Source: a virus (lineage: Duplodnaviria; Caudoviricetes). Taken from it: DNA of 64,000 bases. Each line of letters begins with the position of its first letter. Position 1 is the first letter of the stretch. Location: the IMG/VR virus record IMGVR_UViG_3300032227_000993. One strand, 5' to 3'. Below are positions 53,338 through 63,383 of the stretch, piece by piece. The position numbers were made by a program, and so were the translations under genes. Below the pieces are notes generated by a model, which was not told where the DNA came from, did not search any database, and saw only the letters and a list, made by a program, of their open reading frames with translations.

Positions 53338-55225
53338 TTTTAAACTCCTGGTATTCTTTCATCATACGCTTTACAACACCATCGGCACGTAGCTCTTGTG
53401 GGCGGCCTTGGCTGTCTGTATTTAACAATAATTTGTTGGCATTTTTTCCTGTGGCACCTGGGCGTACATCCACAGTAAGTGCCATTTCAAAACGTGGATC
53501 GTCGGCTTGTGCGGCGGTAGGAATGTAGCCCGAAGCTTCGTTTAATTTGGTTTCCATCACCGGCATTTTTTTAATATCTATCTTTGATTCGGAATATTTT
53601 ATTTTAAGCACTAATTTAAAATCTTCAAAATCTTTTTGCGAAGCAAATAAAAGTTGATTATTTTTTGAATAGTTATGCGTACCACTATCAATTTTAAGTA
53701 TGTAATGTGTATTTGTTTCGCCAATATATTCGGCAATACCGTAAAAAATAATAATATCGCTAGCGGTTTGATTGGGCATTGCTAAAATACATTTATTATA
53801 TTTTTTAGGTTCTGGTAAATCTTTTTTGTAGTTGTTTAACCATGTATTAAAATCTGTTGACTCTTTAGGATTTGTTGATTCAAACATTTTAGCGGGCCAT
53901 AAATCATCACTTCTTATGCTAAACCCAATTTCATTCCACGGATTTTGCGCGGCTTCGTTTAAATCTACACTTGAAAACAATTCTGGATGAGCATGACCAT
54001 ATTCACGCATCAAGATACCAGCTCTAGCATTTGCTTCGTTTTCCCAGGCACTACCAGTGTCGCCTGCGTGGCCTGGAACATCTTCACGCTCGTGTTGGTG
54101 TTGATGAGTAAGTTCATGAGCAACCGTGCGAAGAATATCCATAAGATGGCGATTGGCCAAACTCACTTCTAATTGATTGGTTTCAGAATTGTAACGACCA
54201 AATGTTTTAGCACGTTTAGACCATTCTGGATCACGTTTGATACGCAAGTCTGGTGTGCGTTCTAATCCAAGTTGATCAACACAGAACTGTACAAAATCTT
54301 GAAGCGTATCCTCTTTACTAGTAGGCTCTGCGTCTTCGTTGGCAAATTCACAGGTGCTGGCGTTGGTACCGTCGGGCGTAATTCCAACTTCGTCTAGGTG
54401 TTCTTCGTTGGCAAACATACAAGTACTGGCGCTAACGCCATCGGGTGTTACTCCTACTTCATCTAGATAATCTTCGCCATAGCCGTAATTGACAACGTTA
54501 CGAGTCTTGAGTCTTTCTTTAAGACTTAATTCAGCATCATGCATTTCGTTGCGAGCTTTGAATAATTTTTCTAACAAGCCGTTGTGTCTTAACATTTTGA
54601 AAACCAAGTTTTCAACACTGAACTCGCCTGCTGTGTGCAGGCCTGACTTGCGCATTTGTCCAATGCGTTGAATTAGATCTTTGATAGAACCAAGATCTCC
54701 TGAAGCAACGGTTTGTTTAATGCGGTCTGCGTAATCTTCAAACTTGCTAGTAACACTGATATCATTGGTTTCAGATTTATGACGTTTGGGAATTTCTATC
54801 CACTTGTTGTGTAGTACGCTGTAAATGCCTTGACTAACGTGCGGTTCATTGGCATCCTGTACATACAGTTCAACTGGGGTTCCGCCAATGGTAATTTTAT
54901 GTTGTGTATTGTATTGAAACTTTTTAGCATTAAATAATTCACGATACACATCAATGTTGTAGGTTGGAAAATTTATTACCAAGTGCAAATCAATGTCGCT
55001 TTCTGGTGTATAGGTGTACGCTGCGTTTGAGCCAGAAATAGTAATGTCTACAAGATCTAAATCAGCCACACCCAGTGATGTTTTAAAATCATCTGCTATT
55101 GCCAATAATGCGTCGTGTACATCTGGGCGTAGTTGTTCGTGTTTATCCCAAAGTCTAGGGTTTAATTTTGTATTAAATTTTACAGCATCGGCTAAATTGA
55201 AGTTTTCAAGCTCAAAAATATTCAT
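53327..55225 (-). CDS. Pol-beta-type nucleotidyltransferase + HExxH metallopeptidase fusion
   Basis: GSNAAY...SDIDLH...VELYVQD; TVAHELTH; MNIFELE N-terminus. Confidence 0.7.
   Translation of the reverse strand: MNIFELENFNLADAVKFNTKLNPRLWDKHEQLRPDVHDALLAIADDFKTSLGVADLDLVDITISGSNAAYTYTPESDIDLHLVINFPTYNIDVYRELFNAKKFQYNTQHKITIGGTPVELYVQDANEPHVSQGIYSVLHNKWIEIPKRHKSETNDISVTSKFEDYADRIKQTVASGDLGSIKDLIQRIGQMRKSGLHTAGEFSVENLVFKMLRHNGLLEKLFKARNEMHDAELSLKERLKTRNVVNYGYGEDYLDEVGVTPDGVSASTCMFANEEHLDEVGITPDGTNASTCEFANEDAEPTSKEDTLQDFVQFCVDQLGLERTPDLRIKRDPEWSKRAKTFGRYNSETNQLEVSLANRHLMDILRTVAHELTHQHQHEREDVPGHAGDTGSAWENEANARAGILMREYGHAHPELFSSVDLNEAAQNPWNEIGFSIRSDDLWPAKMFESTNPKESTDFNTWLNNYKKDLPEPKKYNKCILAMPNQTASDIIIFYGIAEYIGETNTHYILKIDSGTHNYSKNNQLLFASQKDFEDFKLVLKIKYSESKIDIKKMPVMETKLNEASGYIPTAAQADDPRFEMALTVDVRPGATGKNANKLLLNTDSQGRPQELRADGVVKRMMKEYQEFKNAN
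54333..54469. repeat. 69-bp (23-aa) imperfect tandem duplication
   Basis: YLDEVGVTPDGVSASTCMFANEE / HLDEVGITPDGTNASTCEFANED. Confidence 0.85.
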
Positions 55226-55242
55226 AGTATACTATTTACCGT

Positions 55243-55280
55243 AAAAAACAAAAGCCGCTTACATTGCTGTAGCGGCTTTT
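55243..55280 (-). terminator. intrinsic terminator
   Basis: AAAAGCCGCT...AGCGGCTTTT then GTTTTTT. Confidence 0.75.
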
Positions 55281-55310
55281 GCCCGTTTATTACTACCTTA
55301 AAGGCAGTGA

Positions 55311-56243
55311 TTACTTCTTCTTTTTCTTGCTTGCTGTTACAACCTGTGCTTTAGGAGCAGCTGGTGCTGGAGCAGGTACATCAACTGGGGCTGCAATACC
55401 TGTAGCTGGAACTGCTGCTACAGCCTGTTGAGCACTGGCATTACTCAATGCTAGGGCGTGTAGATCTTTGTACAGTTGATCTTGTGCCGCAAAGTCAAAC
55501 ACGTATGTGCCTGTGTGCTTGAGCAAAACACGTTTGTCCACCCAAATCTTACCACCTAGATCACGCCAGTTTTCACAGAATGTCCAATCTTCTGAATAGT
55601 AACGGTTCTCACGTACCGCTGTATCAAAGTAGGTCTTCATGTAAACATTCAACTCTGGTGGGAGACCAATGTCTGAGTTAAAAGGCTTAACTGCTGGATG
55701 GGCATTTAACTTCTCAAACACATGACGCTTCATTAACAAGAAGCCTGTGCCTGTTTTAGTTACTTCTTGTAGGCCATCTGGACCTTCTTCTGCGCCGTCA
55801 AAGCCGTTGACGCACCATTTAACTGGTAAGGATTTCATGGGATACAATCCACCAATCACATCCACGTCACGATTCAACATGACCAACAGGTGCCATGGTT
55901 CCCAACCAATATCGGCGTCAATAAACATCAAGTGTGTTGAGTCTGGATTTGAGAGGAACTTGGCTGTAAGTGTGTTACGAGCACGTGAAATCAATGACTC
56001 GTTTGTCATGGTTTCCATGGTCCAATCAATGCCCAATTGACGGGCAGTATTGGCCCATTTGATGTAACTCATAAATGTTGATTCAGTTAACATCCCACCA
56101 TAACAAGGCATGCAAATGTGCACGCGGGTAGTTTTTAAGAAATCAATGTTGACTTGTACTTGACCTTGCTGTGGAGCAGCAGGAGTTTCTGCTGTAGGAG
56201 TTGCTTGTGCTACTGCTGTTGCTGCTGCTTGTTGTTCTGACAT
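55311..56243 (-). CDS. GT-A-like glycosyltransferase with Ala/Pro-rich tails
   Basis: CMPCYGG, THLMFIDADIGW (DxD), GTGFLLMKR, YSEDWTFC. Confidence 0.75.
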   Translation of the reverse strand: MSEQQAAATAVAQATPTAETPAAPQQGQVQVNIDFLKTTRVHICMPCYGGMLTESTFMSYIKWANTARQLGIDWTMETMTNESLISRARNTLTAKFLSNPDSTHLMFIDADIGWEPWHLLVMLNRDVDVIGGLYPMKSLPVKWCVNGFDGAEEGPDGLQEVTKTGTGFLLMKRHVFEKLNAHPAVKPFNSDIGLPPELNVYMKTYFDTAVRENRYYSEDWTFCENWRDLGGKIWVDKRVLLKHTGTYVFDFAAQDQLYKDLHALALSNASAQQAVAAVPATGIAAPVDVPAPAPAAPKAQVVTASKKKKK

Positions 56244-56314
56244 AAGTTCCTCTTTTAAAATATGTCAGATATTTAAGTCAGTACGTCTAGGCCGGCAAAA
56301 TTTCTAGCCCCTGT

Positions 56315-57136
56315 TTAAATGCGACTAGGAGGCCAGTAGGATTCAGTTTTGTCTTTTTCGTTAATGTAGTTGGGAGCTAAATCTTCGTCAAATACAGCAT
56401 AGCTGTTTACAGCACGAGCTTCTAGGACCTGTATTGATTCTAGCATTTTAGCCAACTTTTCTTTGTGCTCGCGCTTTACTGGAGCAGGAGTGTCCATTAC
56501 ATTAGCGTCTAATGGTTTTTGTTTGTACACAAAATCTTTGGCTTGTTGAGCTGGAAGTAATCTAGCATCAAAAATATCTTTTAAATTGTCATCAGGTTCA
56601 CCGTACAAATCTGTAATAATTTGCTCACGGTCAGCGTTGTTGCCAGCTGTGTACATTTTACGGATTTCTGTAGCAGAATTAGCATCCTTACCTTTGACTT
56701 TGAAGTTGACTGTAGGAGTTACCATCACATAAGCGTGTTTGGTCATTGGCTTTACACCTTTACCATCAGCTGGGTATGGTTGCATGTAACTTGGAGTGCC
56801 ATCTTTTTTAACTCCAAATTTAAATCTAGCATCCTCACCCATGTCTTTTTGAGATACAGCAAAAATTAATACTGTATTTTCTGGATCAGCAATATCTTTG
56901 GTAATTTCTTGTGCCTGATATGGATTTCTAACTTGAACAACGCGACTGCTAGGAATACCAGTTTTTGTTATCATAGCAAGTTTGTCACCAAAACTAAATG
57001 GACTTGTTACCGGTGCCTGTACTGCAGATGTGGCAATGTAAACATCATCAAACTGACTGATCAGCTGATCATAACTGGCCTTGTGGCCTTGGTGAAATGG
57101 TTGAAATCTTCCGGGATATATTACAACTGTGCGCAT
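56315..57136 (-). CDS. HIGH-motif nucleotidyltransferase (cytidylyltransferase/NMNAT-like)
   Basis: YPGRFQPFHQGH, SATEIR. Confidence 0.8.
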   Translation of the reverse strand: MRTVVIYPGRFQPFHQGHKASYDQLISQFDDVYIATSAVQAPVTSPFSFGDKLAMITKTGIPSSRVVQVRNPYQAQEITKDIADPENTVLIFAVSQKDMGEDARFKFGVKKDGTPSYMQPYPADGKGVKPMTKHAYVMVTPTVNFKVKGKDANSATEIRKMYTAGNNADREQIITDLYGEPDDNLKDIFDARLLPAQQAKDFVYKQKPLDANVMDTPAPVKREHKEKLAKMLESIQVLEARAVNSYAVFDEDLAPNYINEKDKTESYWPPSRI

Positions 57137-57149
57137 TTTAATATTTATG

Positions 57150-57587
57150 CTACATTACTTCTAGAAGCCAGAGATAAGTTGGGGTAACATAATCCAGCGC
57201 AACTGTGCCATTGCAGCCCATTATGCCATAAAACTTGGTTGCTATTTGTGATTGTGTGCCATTGAAATCATGAGAATAAACAGCATGATCTACAAATACT
57301 TGATTTAATTCTATGTCATCAAATGCCACATGATCAATGGTGATCGCAGCATCTTTTATGATTGTACCGTTGGCATCAAGTTTTGTATGCTCTGCGATTT
57401 TGCCCTTCATCACAAAACGCAATTCATGGTGGGCTTCATCTTCTTCTAGATCAAAGGCAAGTGGCATGGACTCGTGAGTGATATGATCTGCGTCAAACAA
57501 CAGCTGATTATCGATCCATATTTCTAAACCTAGTTTGGCGGTAGGATCAGTTGTACCGACTGTACACGATAATTGATATTTGGACAT
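57150..57587 (-). CDS. hypothetical protein
   Basis: ...YGIMGCNGTVALDYVTPTYLWLLEVM. Confidence 0.65.
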   Translation of the reverse strand: MSKYQLSCTVGTTDPTAKLGLEIWIDNQLLFDADHITHESMPLAFDLEEDEAHHELRFVMKGKIAEHTKLDANGTIIKDAAITIDHVAFDDIELNQVFVDHAVYSHDFNGTQSQIATKFYGIMGCNGTVALDYVTPTYLWLLEVM

Positions 57588-57596
57588 TGTGATTTT

Positions 57597-57965
57597 TTAA
57601 AATACTACAGTGGCAGAATTGATGGTACCAGCAGTAAATTCAGTCACAGCGGCCCGAAGCCAAACAAAATTACCTACCAGGTTAACTGCTACAGTATCAG
57701 TGGTTGGTACAGAAGCATTACCATAATCAGCAATGTCAAACCAAGCAGCTTGTTCGTACAAACTTTCCAAGCTGCCTTGGAATTTGATTACACCAGTAAA
57801 TCCTGTTGTTTCAATTATTGCTGTTTGTATGCTACCTTGTCCGCCATAGTAATTTGCTGCTGGAATAGCATTGCCAATAAAAGCACTAGATGTGCCATCG
57901 TAATTACCCGACGGTGTTCCATAAGTTGTCAGCGGTAAAAATGTTTCTGTAGTTAATGTTGCCAT
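57597..57965 (-). CDS. hypothetical beta-rich protein, probably structural
   Basis: Thr/Gly-rich beta pattern; late promoter upstream. Confidence 0.6.
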   Translation of the reverse strand: MATLTTETFLPLTTYGTPSGNYDGTSSAFIGNAIPAANYYGGQGSIQTAIIETTGFTGVIKFQGSLESLYEQAAWFDIADYGNASVPTTDTVAVNLVGNFVWLRAAVTEFTAGTINSATVVF

Positions 57966-57971
57966 AGTCTA

Positions 57972-58688
57972 TTATTTAGCTGGAATAATACTAAGAGTTT
58001 TTCTTAATAAACCGGGTCTAATTAGGGACAGCATTACCAGTAAACTTTCCCCGGTGTGATCAATAAAAAAATAATCTTGTGTTCTGTAAAGTTCTCGACC
58101 AAGCCAATATGTAACTGATGGGCTTAACCGTATGTCTGTTTGATTGATAAAAAACTTATTGATATTGTGCTTTTCTTCTGGTGTTAGTTTAAGTATTTTA
58201 AAATAACTCCTGTGTGTATGACGGGGATTTTTTAATTTGACAGTATCTTTGGGACGATTAACCACCGCTTCTGTGTAGGTTTTGTATTTGAGTTCGTGAT
58301 CAAGTGATAGCGTTTCTATCAATGATACATGGTTAGTGTAGACCCACGCATGATCCACGCTGGTTACTAATTTAAATTCGACGTCTGACTTTATCAATTG
58401 ATCTGCCAACTGATGTAAATTCAGCACAGCCACATCTGTAATATCTCGCATACGTTTGGCCACAATAGTGGCCAGTTTGCTTCCTGTTCTCTGTGCTTTA
58501 TTACTGAGCAAGCGTTGATGACTAATTTCGCGCCAATACCTACGGCGTTCAATCATGGTATCTATGTATTCATGATTAACTTGTTTTAGACAGCTTACTT
58601 CTTCCAGCATAAACGATATGCAATATCGCCACCGGTTGTAAAATAAACTGTCCTTGACAACAGGATTAAATTGTAGGGTCGATGCCAT
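57972..58688 (-). CDS. hypothetical protein
   Basis: 238-aa ORF overlapping clpA end. Confidence 0.6.
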   Translation of the reverse strand: MASTLQFNPVVKDSLFYNRWRYCISFMLEEVSCLKQVNHEYIDTMIERRRYWREISHQRLLSNKAQRTGSKLATIVAKRMRDITDVAVLNLHQLADQLIKSDVEFKLVTSVDHAWVYTNHVSLIETLSLDHELKYKTYTEAVVNRPKDTVKLKNPRHTHRSYFKILKLTPEEKHNINKFFINQTDIRLSPSVTYWLGRELYRTQDYFFIDHTGESLLVMLSLIRPGLLRKTLSIIPAK

Positions 58689-60945
58689 CGATTACAATGA
58701 TACCGTTTTCGTCAACCGTTGGCAACTGACCCACACTCACAATAGTAAATTCAATTTTGTCATCAACCATGTTTGCGTGGATGTCACAGTCGCTTAGTCT
58801 TTCAAACAACATTTTCTTAGATAACGGAACACGAATCAGCTCGTCAATTTTACGATTTAACGGACGGGCACCCATCTTGGCATCGTAACCTTTGTCTGCC
58901 AACATATCAATCACAGATTCTGTAAGTGTCAGGCGAATGTTTTTAGCAGCAAGACTTGACTGTAACTGATCAACAAACTTGAGCACAACTTTCTTAATAG
59001 CAAGTGTATCAAGTTTCTTAAAGCGACAAATTTGGTCAATACGATTGCGTAGCTCTGGCTTGAAGAAGTCTTTCATGGCTTTTTCTTCAGATCCAGTTTT
59101 TTCTAATACCTGTCCAAATCCAATGTTATTGTTTTCGTTATCTCGAGCACCCAAGTTACTGGTCATGATGATAATGGTATTTTTTAAGTTGACAGTTTTA
59201 CCGTTGGCACTGGTAATTCTGGCTTCATCTAACATTTGTAACATGATGTTTATGACATCTGGATGTGCCTTTTCAATTTCGTCAAACAAAATAATCGAGT
59301 ATGGGTTTTTGCTAATGTCACTGATAAGTTTACCGCCACCTATGTTGCCATCTTCAAAACCTACATAGCCTGGAGGAGCACCGATCAGACTACTAACTGT
59401 GTGCTTCTCCTGATACTCACTCATATCGTACTTTAACAGTTGCATGTCCAAGTTCTTGGCCAACAACTTGGCCAGTTCAGTTTTACCTGTGCCTGTTGGT
59501 CCCAAGAACAAGAAACTTGCTATTGGACGATTATCGTTGCCAATACCTGAGAAGTTAATGTACACCCGCTCCAATACAGAGTCTACAGCTTCATCTTGGC
59601 CGTAGAGTTTTTCTTTGATGTTGCTTTCTAAATTAATAATGTCAGCAGATTTTTCATTTTGTAATCGGTCTACCGGAACAGCAGTAACACGACTCAACTG
59701 CTCCATGATCATATCTTTGGTAACAGTGACATTGCCTAAATCTTTGACACGTTCTTTGGCACAGGCGCCATCCAACAAGTCGATTGATTTGTCTGGGTTC
59801 TTGCGATCGTGTATGTAACGGCCGCTTAGTTCTACTGCGGAAGTGATGGCATCAGTATCAATTAATACATTGTGGAACAACTCCAAGCGTGGGCTAAGAC
59901 CAATTAGGATTTGCTCTGTGACTTCTGGTGTTGGTTCATCAATACTTACACGATGGAAGCGGCGCATTAAGGCACGATCCTTTTCAAAGCTCTCGTAGTA
60001 TTCTTCCCAAGTGGTCGAAGCCACAACTTTGAGTGTGCCTTTGGTGATACTTGGCTTTAACATATTGGCAAAGTCCAGTGTACTTTGTGTACTTGCGCCG
60101 GCACCCTTCATGGTGTGTGCTTCGTCAATAAACAAAATACAGTTTTTCTTAGTTTCAAGAGCTTGGATGACCTGTTTAAACTTCTCTTCAAATTCACCAC
60201 GATACTTTGATCCGGCCAACAACGAGCCAATCTCCAGACCCCATACTTCGTGTCCTTTTAAGAACTCAGGAACACGGCCTGCGTTGATCTCCTGGGCAAG
60301 TCCTTCCACAATGGCAGTTTTACCTACGCCAGGGTCGCCAACCATGAGTACGTTGGCCTTGAAGCGACGTGCTAACACAGTGATCATTTCATCAAGCTCT
60401 TCGCCACGTCCAATCATGGGTTCAAGGCGATCTTCGTGTGCCATCTTGGTAAGATTAATACAGTATTCTGTAAGTATCTCGTCGGCTTGATTATTGGTTA
60501 ACTTGATATCTTTGTAGTTGTAGTTCTTGTTGTAGTGTTCCATGAACTCAATTTTTTTAACGCCGTATTTTAATAAAAAGTAATGAGCATGACTATTATT
60601 TTCTGCCATCATGGCAAGATACAAATCGCCAGTGGTCACTGTTTTGCGGCCTGTAAATAAAACCTGTGTAAGAGCACGATTGAACACACGTTCTAAGCCA
60701 TGTGTCTTTTTAGGTTGATATCCTGCCGGAGGACTTTTTAGTGCTGGCAGTGATGTGAGATAACCATCGAGCTCTAAATCAAACATTTCCACATTAGTGC
60801 CAAACGATGTTAACACCGCGTTGAATGGACCATGTCGTAACAGAGATAACAATAGATGTTCAGTCAATACATATTCGTGTTTGTATTCTCGTGCCAACTT
60901 GCTGGCGGTTTCAATCAGTTGTTCAATTTCTGGGTTATTCTGCAT
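58666..60945 (-). CDS. clpA: ATP-dependent Clp protease ATP-binding subunit ClpA
   Basis: Clp N-domain, GDPGVGKT, FIDEAH, GPTGTGKT, DMSEY, IGAPPGYVG, IGF loop; no ClpB middle domain. Confidence 0.92.
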   Translation of the reverse strand: MQNNPEIEQLIETASKLAREYKHEYVLTEHLLLSLLRHGPFNAVLTSFGTNVEMFDLELDGYLTSLPALKSPPAGYQPKKTHGLERVFNRALTQVLFTGRKTVTTGDLYLAMMAENNSHAHYFLLKYGVKKIEFMEHYNKNYNYKDIKLTNNQADEILTEYCINLTKMAHEDRLEPMIGRGEELDEMITVLARRFKANVLMVGDPGVGKTAIVEGLAQEINAGRVPEFLKGHEVWGLEIGSLLAGSKYRGEFEEKFKQVIQALETKKNCILFIDEAHTMKGAGASTQSTLDFANMLKPSITKGTLKVVASTTWEEYYESFEKDRALMRRFHRVSIDEPTPEVTEQILIGLSPRLELFHNVLIDTDAITSAVELSGRYIHDRKNPDKSIDLLDGACAKERVKDLGNVTVTKDMIMEQLSRVTAVPVDRLQNEKSADIINLESNIKEKLYGQDEAVDSVLERVYINFSGIGNDNRPIASFLFLGPTGTGKTELAKLLAKNLDMQLLKYDMSEYQEKHTVSSLIGAPPGYVGFEDGNIGGGKLISDISKNPYSIILFDEIEKAHPDVINIMLQMLDEARITSANGKTVNLKNTIIIMTSNLGARDNENNNIGFGQVLEKTGSEEKAMKDFFKPELRNRIDQICRFKKLDTLAIKKVVLKFVDQLQSSLAAKNIRLTLTESVIDMLADKGYDAKMGARPLNRKIDELIRVPLSKKMLFERLSDCDIHANMVDDKIEFTIVSVGQLPTVDENGIIVIDGIDPTI

Positions 60946-61015
60946 TACGGTCCTTTATAATTGTTACTGTATTAGTATATAGCAAATTGTTTTAAAAATC
61001 AACTATTATGGCTGG

Positions 61016-61831
61016 TTATTTCTTGTGAATTTCTTTGATCAGGGTGGTAAGCGTTGGATCTATCTGATTGGGTATACGGGCATTTATTCTCACAAGCAAA
61101 TCGCCCGGCATACCTTGCCGTGCTGACAATCCGCGACCTTTTAATCTAAGAATACTATTAGGCTGTGTCAGTGGTGGAATGTTTAATGTAAGTTGTGTGC
61201 CTAAGATATCAGTCAATATGGTTTCGCCACCCACAATACAATCCCAAATACTTACCTGATGATCCACAGTCAAATTTAATCCATTGCGTTGCCACTTGGG
61301 ATTTGGATGTATGCGATAATTAACAATTAAATCAGTTCCGTTGGGACCAATCCTGGCATACTGAACATTATCCCCATCATTGATACCCAAGGGTATTTCA
61401 ATCTCAATAGTCATTGCGCCGTGCTGAGTACCTATGGTCACTGGTCGTTTGCCACCAGCAGCTACATCTTCTAATTGAACCCACAGGCTCATCCGAGTTT
61501 GTTGTGGGCGTTGTTGACCAAAGCCTGGGCCAGCGTTGTGTCCATGTTGAAATCGAGCACCAAAAATATTGAAGATATTTTCAAAATCAAAGCCGCCGGG
61601 TGCGCCATTAAATTCAAAATTAAACCCCTGCGACATGGGATTGTCGTATTGGGCACGTTTTTGATCGTCGCCTAGTACTCCGTAAGCAGCTTGGATGGCC
61701 TGGAAGGCCGCTTTGTCGCCGCCCTTGTCGGGATGATGCTGACCTGCCAGCTTGCGATAAGCCTTTTTAATTTCATCAGGAGTGGCACCACGTGAGACGC
61801 CTAAAGTTGCATAATGGTCAGTCATAGACAT
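61016..61831 (-). CDS. dnaJ: DnaJ/CbpA-type co-chaperone (J domain + C-terminal domain, no zinc finger)
   Basis: [28 protein letters not shown]. Confidence 0.88.
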   Translation of the reverse strand: MSMTDHYATLGVSRGATPDEIKKAYRKLAGQHHPDKGGDKAAFQAIQAAYGVLGDDQKRAQYDNPMSQGFNFEFNGAPGGFDFENIFNIFGARFQHGHNAGPGFGQQRPQQTRMSLWVQLEDVAAGGKRPVTIGTQHGAMTIEIEIPLGINDGDNVQYARIGPNGTDLIVNYRIHPNPKWQRNGLNLTVDHQVSIWDCIVGGETILTDILGTQLTLNIPPLTQPNSILRLKGRGLSARQGMPGDLLVRINARIPNQIDPTLTTLIKEIHKK

Positions 61832-61869
61832 AGTATACAATAATTTATGCTACAATGTCAACCAGTTTG

Positions 61870-62055
61870 TTATTTCTTTTTATTGGCTGGCGTTTTTTCA
61901 GGTACCTTGGTTCCTTCAACCTTTTTGTGAACCTTAACATTCTTGCACACTTCTTTTTTGGTTTTAGGATCAGTTTTACACACCCGTTTGATTTCGCCAG
62001 CAGCCATTGTACTAGTCGCAAAGACCACAGCAATAATGACCAATAATGATTTCAT
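61870..62055 (-). CDS. small secreted/membrane protein
   Basis: Signal peptide, C...C, Lys-rich tail. Confidence 0.6.
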   Translation of the reverse strand: MKSLLVIIAVVFATSTMAAGEIKRVCKTDPKTKKEVCKNVKVHKKVEGTKVPEKTPANKKK

Positions 62056-62056
62056 C

Positions 62057-62179
62057 TTACTTTCCTTTTAACAAGCCTAAAAGTTTTGCCTGAATGCTTT
62101 TGGCAAAATCAGGTTGTGGTAAGTTCCAACCTACAAATGCTCCTACTGCGATCCAAAATAATGTTTCTAACATGGTCAT
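62057..62179 (-). CDS. small membrane protein (40 aa)
   Basis: MTMLETLFWIAVGAFVGWNLPQP...; GGAG RBS. Confidence 0.55.
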   Translation of the reverse strand: MTMLETLFWIAVGAFVGWNLPQPDFAKSIQAKLLGLLKGK

Positions 62180-62195
62180 GCTCCTTTTAATTTAT

Positions 62196-62663
62196 TTATA
62201 GTTCTGGGAATGATGTTCGCCCAGGTCCTGTTGGTTTACTGCCAAAACTTGGCGGCGGAGCTGGCATAAATGCCGGGGCCGCACTACCACCAAATGATGG
62301 AGTAGGTGTACTTGTTGCGCCAAATGATGATGTGTTAGGCGCAGTAAACGATGGAACACTTGGAGTTGCACTACCATTGCCGCCTGCCGCTCCTGCCATC
62401 TTTTCTTGTGTACGACCATACGCCGCAATACCTAATACAGCACCCATGGCCATATGGAATAGGCCAGCGCCGTTGAGTGTTAAAGGCTGCCATTGATTAG
62501 CAACTTGTCCGTGATTGACTGCTTGATGTAAACTCCATAATACTGGAAATATTACAAAGTCGCATACACATACGCCCATGTACATCCAACCCATGGCTGG
62601 ACGCCACTTTTGTTGCATCCAATCTTCTTTTTCTTTACCTTCTACATTCTTTACTTCTGACAT
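62196..62663 (-). CDS. holin, 3TM (GTA-holin-like) family
   Basis: WRPAMGWMY..CDFVIFP, FHMAMGAVLGIAAYGRTQEK; in lysis cassette. Confidence 0.7.
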   Translation of the reverse strand: MSEVKNVEGKEKEDWMQQKWRPAMGWMYMGVCVCDFVIFPVLWSLHQAVNHGQVANQWQPLTLNGAGLFHMAMGAVLGIAAYGRTQEKMAGAAGGNGSATPSVPSFTAPNTSSFGATSTPTPSFGGSAAPAFMPAPPPSFGSKPTGPGRTSFPEL

Positions 62664-62684
62664 ACCAGCTCCTTGTTATTATTT

Positions 62685-62951
62685 TTATTTTACGCTGTCA
62701 AATATTTTTTTCTGTGTATTATACCATTCTATCCATAATTGACTCTTAGTATCACATTCTTGATACTGTCCGTAGTTAGTAACCACGCTTTGGACCACAT
62801 CGCTTAACTTAGTTGTTGTTGGTTCAACTGTAACCAACGGTGGGCAACTGGTCATCAACTCAACCGGCGCATTAGGAAACTTGCGCTCAACAGGTACACT
62901 TACACAAGCAGACAAACCTAATACTGCGGTAAGGATTAATAACTTTTTCAT
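62685..62951 (-). CDS. o-spanin (Rz1-like lipoprotein)
   Basis: Lipobox LSAC, Pro-rich FPNAP..L...CPPL. Confidence 0.7.
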   Translation of the reverse strand: MKKLLILTAVLGLSACVSVPVERKFPNAPVELMTSCPPLVTVEPTTTKLSDVVQSVVTNYGQYQECDTKSQLWIEWYNTQKKIFDSVK

Positions 62952-63382
62952 TTCTTGGCTCCTTGTTTAGCAGCATCGTTGAGAATAGAGATAACATCAC
63001 TAGAAACTGTACATTGTGCGTCCATTTGTTGTGATGATTGCTGGATACGATTTTTTAATTCAGTTTGTTTGGCGGCAATCTCTTTTTCTTTTTGTGCCAG
63101 TTTACTTACTAGTGCGCCGTTGGCTTCAGCTGACTTTACTTCTGCTTGTGCTACTTTCTTTTCTAATGCCGCGGCACGTGATTTCCATGCGTCATTGTCG
63201 CTAATAGCACCTTCAAAGAAAATAGCAATGCCTAATACAATACCAGACGCAAGTTGAATAGCTTTTGCGTTGGTAGAGATAAATGGAATACTGTCCAAGA
63301 CAATACTAGCCACAATGCCTAGTAAACCAACTAGTAACAATAGATGGAAAATCCAATCTGGTAAAAAATTAACAATCCACAT
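62948..63382 (-). CDS. i-spanin (Rz-like)
   Basis: N-terminal TM segments, coiled coil, C-terminal Cys; between endolysin and lipoprotein. Confidence 0.65.
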   Translation of the reverse strand: MWIVNFLPDWIFHLLLLVGLLGIVASIVLDSIPFISTNAKAIQLASGIVLGIAIFFEGAISDNDAWKSRAAALEKKVAQAEVKSAEANGALVSKLAQKEKEIAAKQTELKNRIQQSSQQMDAQCTVSSDVISILNDAAKQGAKK

Positions 63383-63383
63383 A

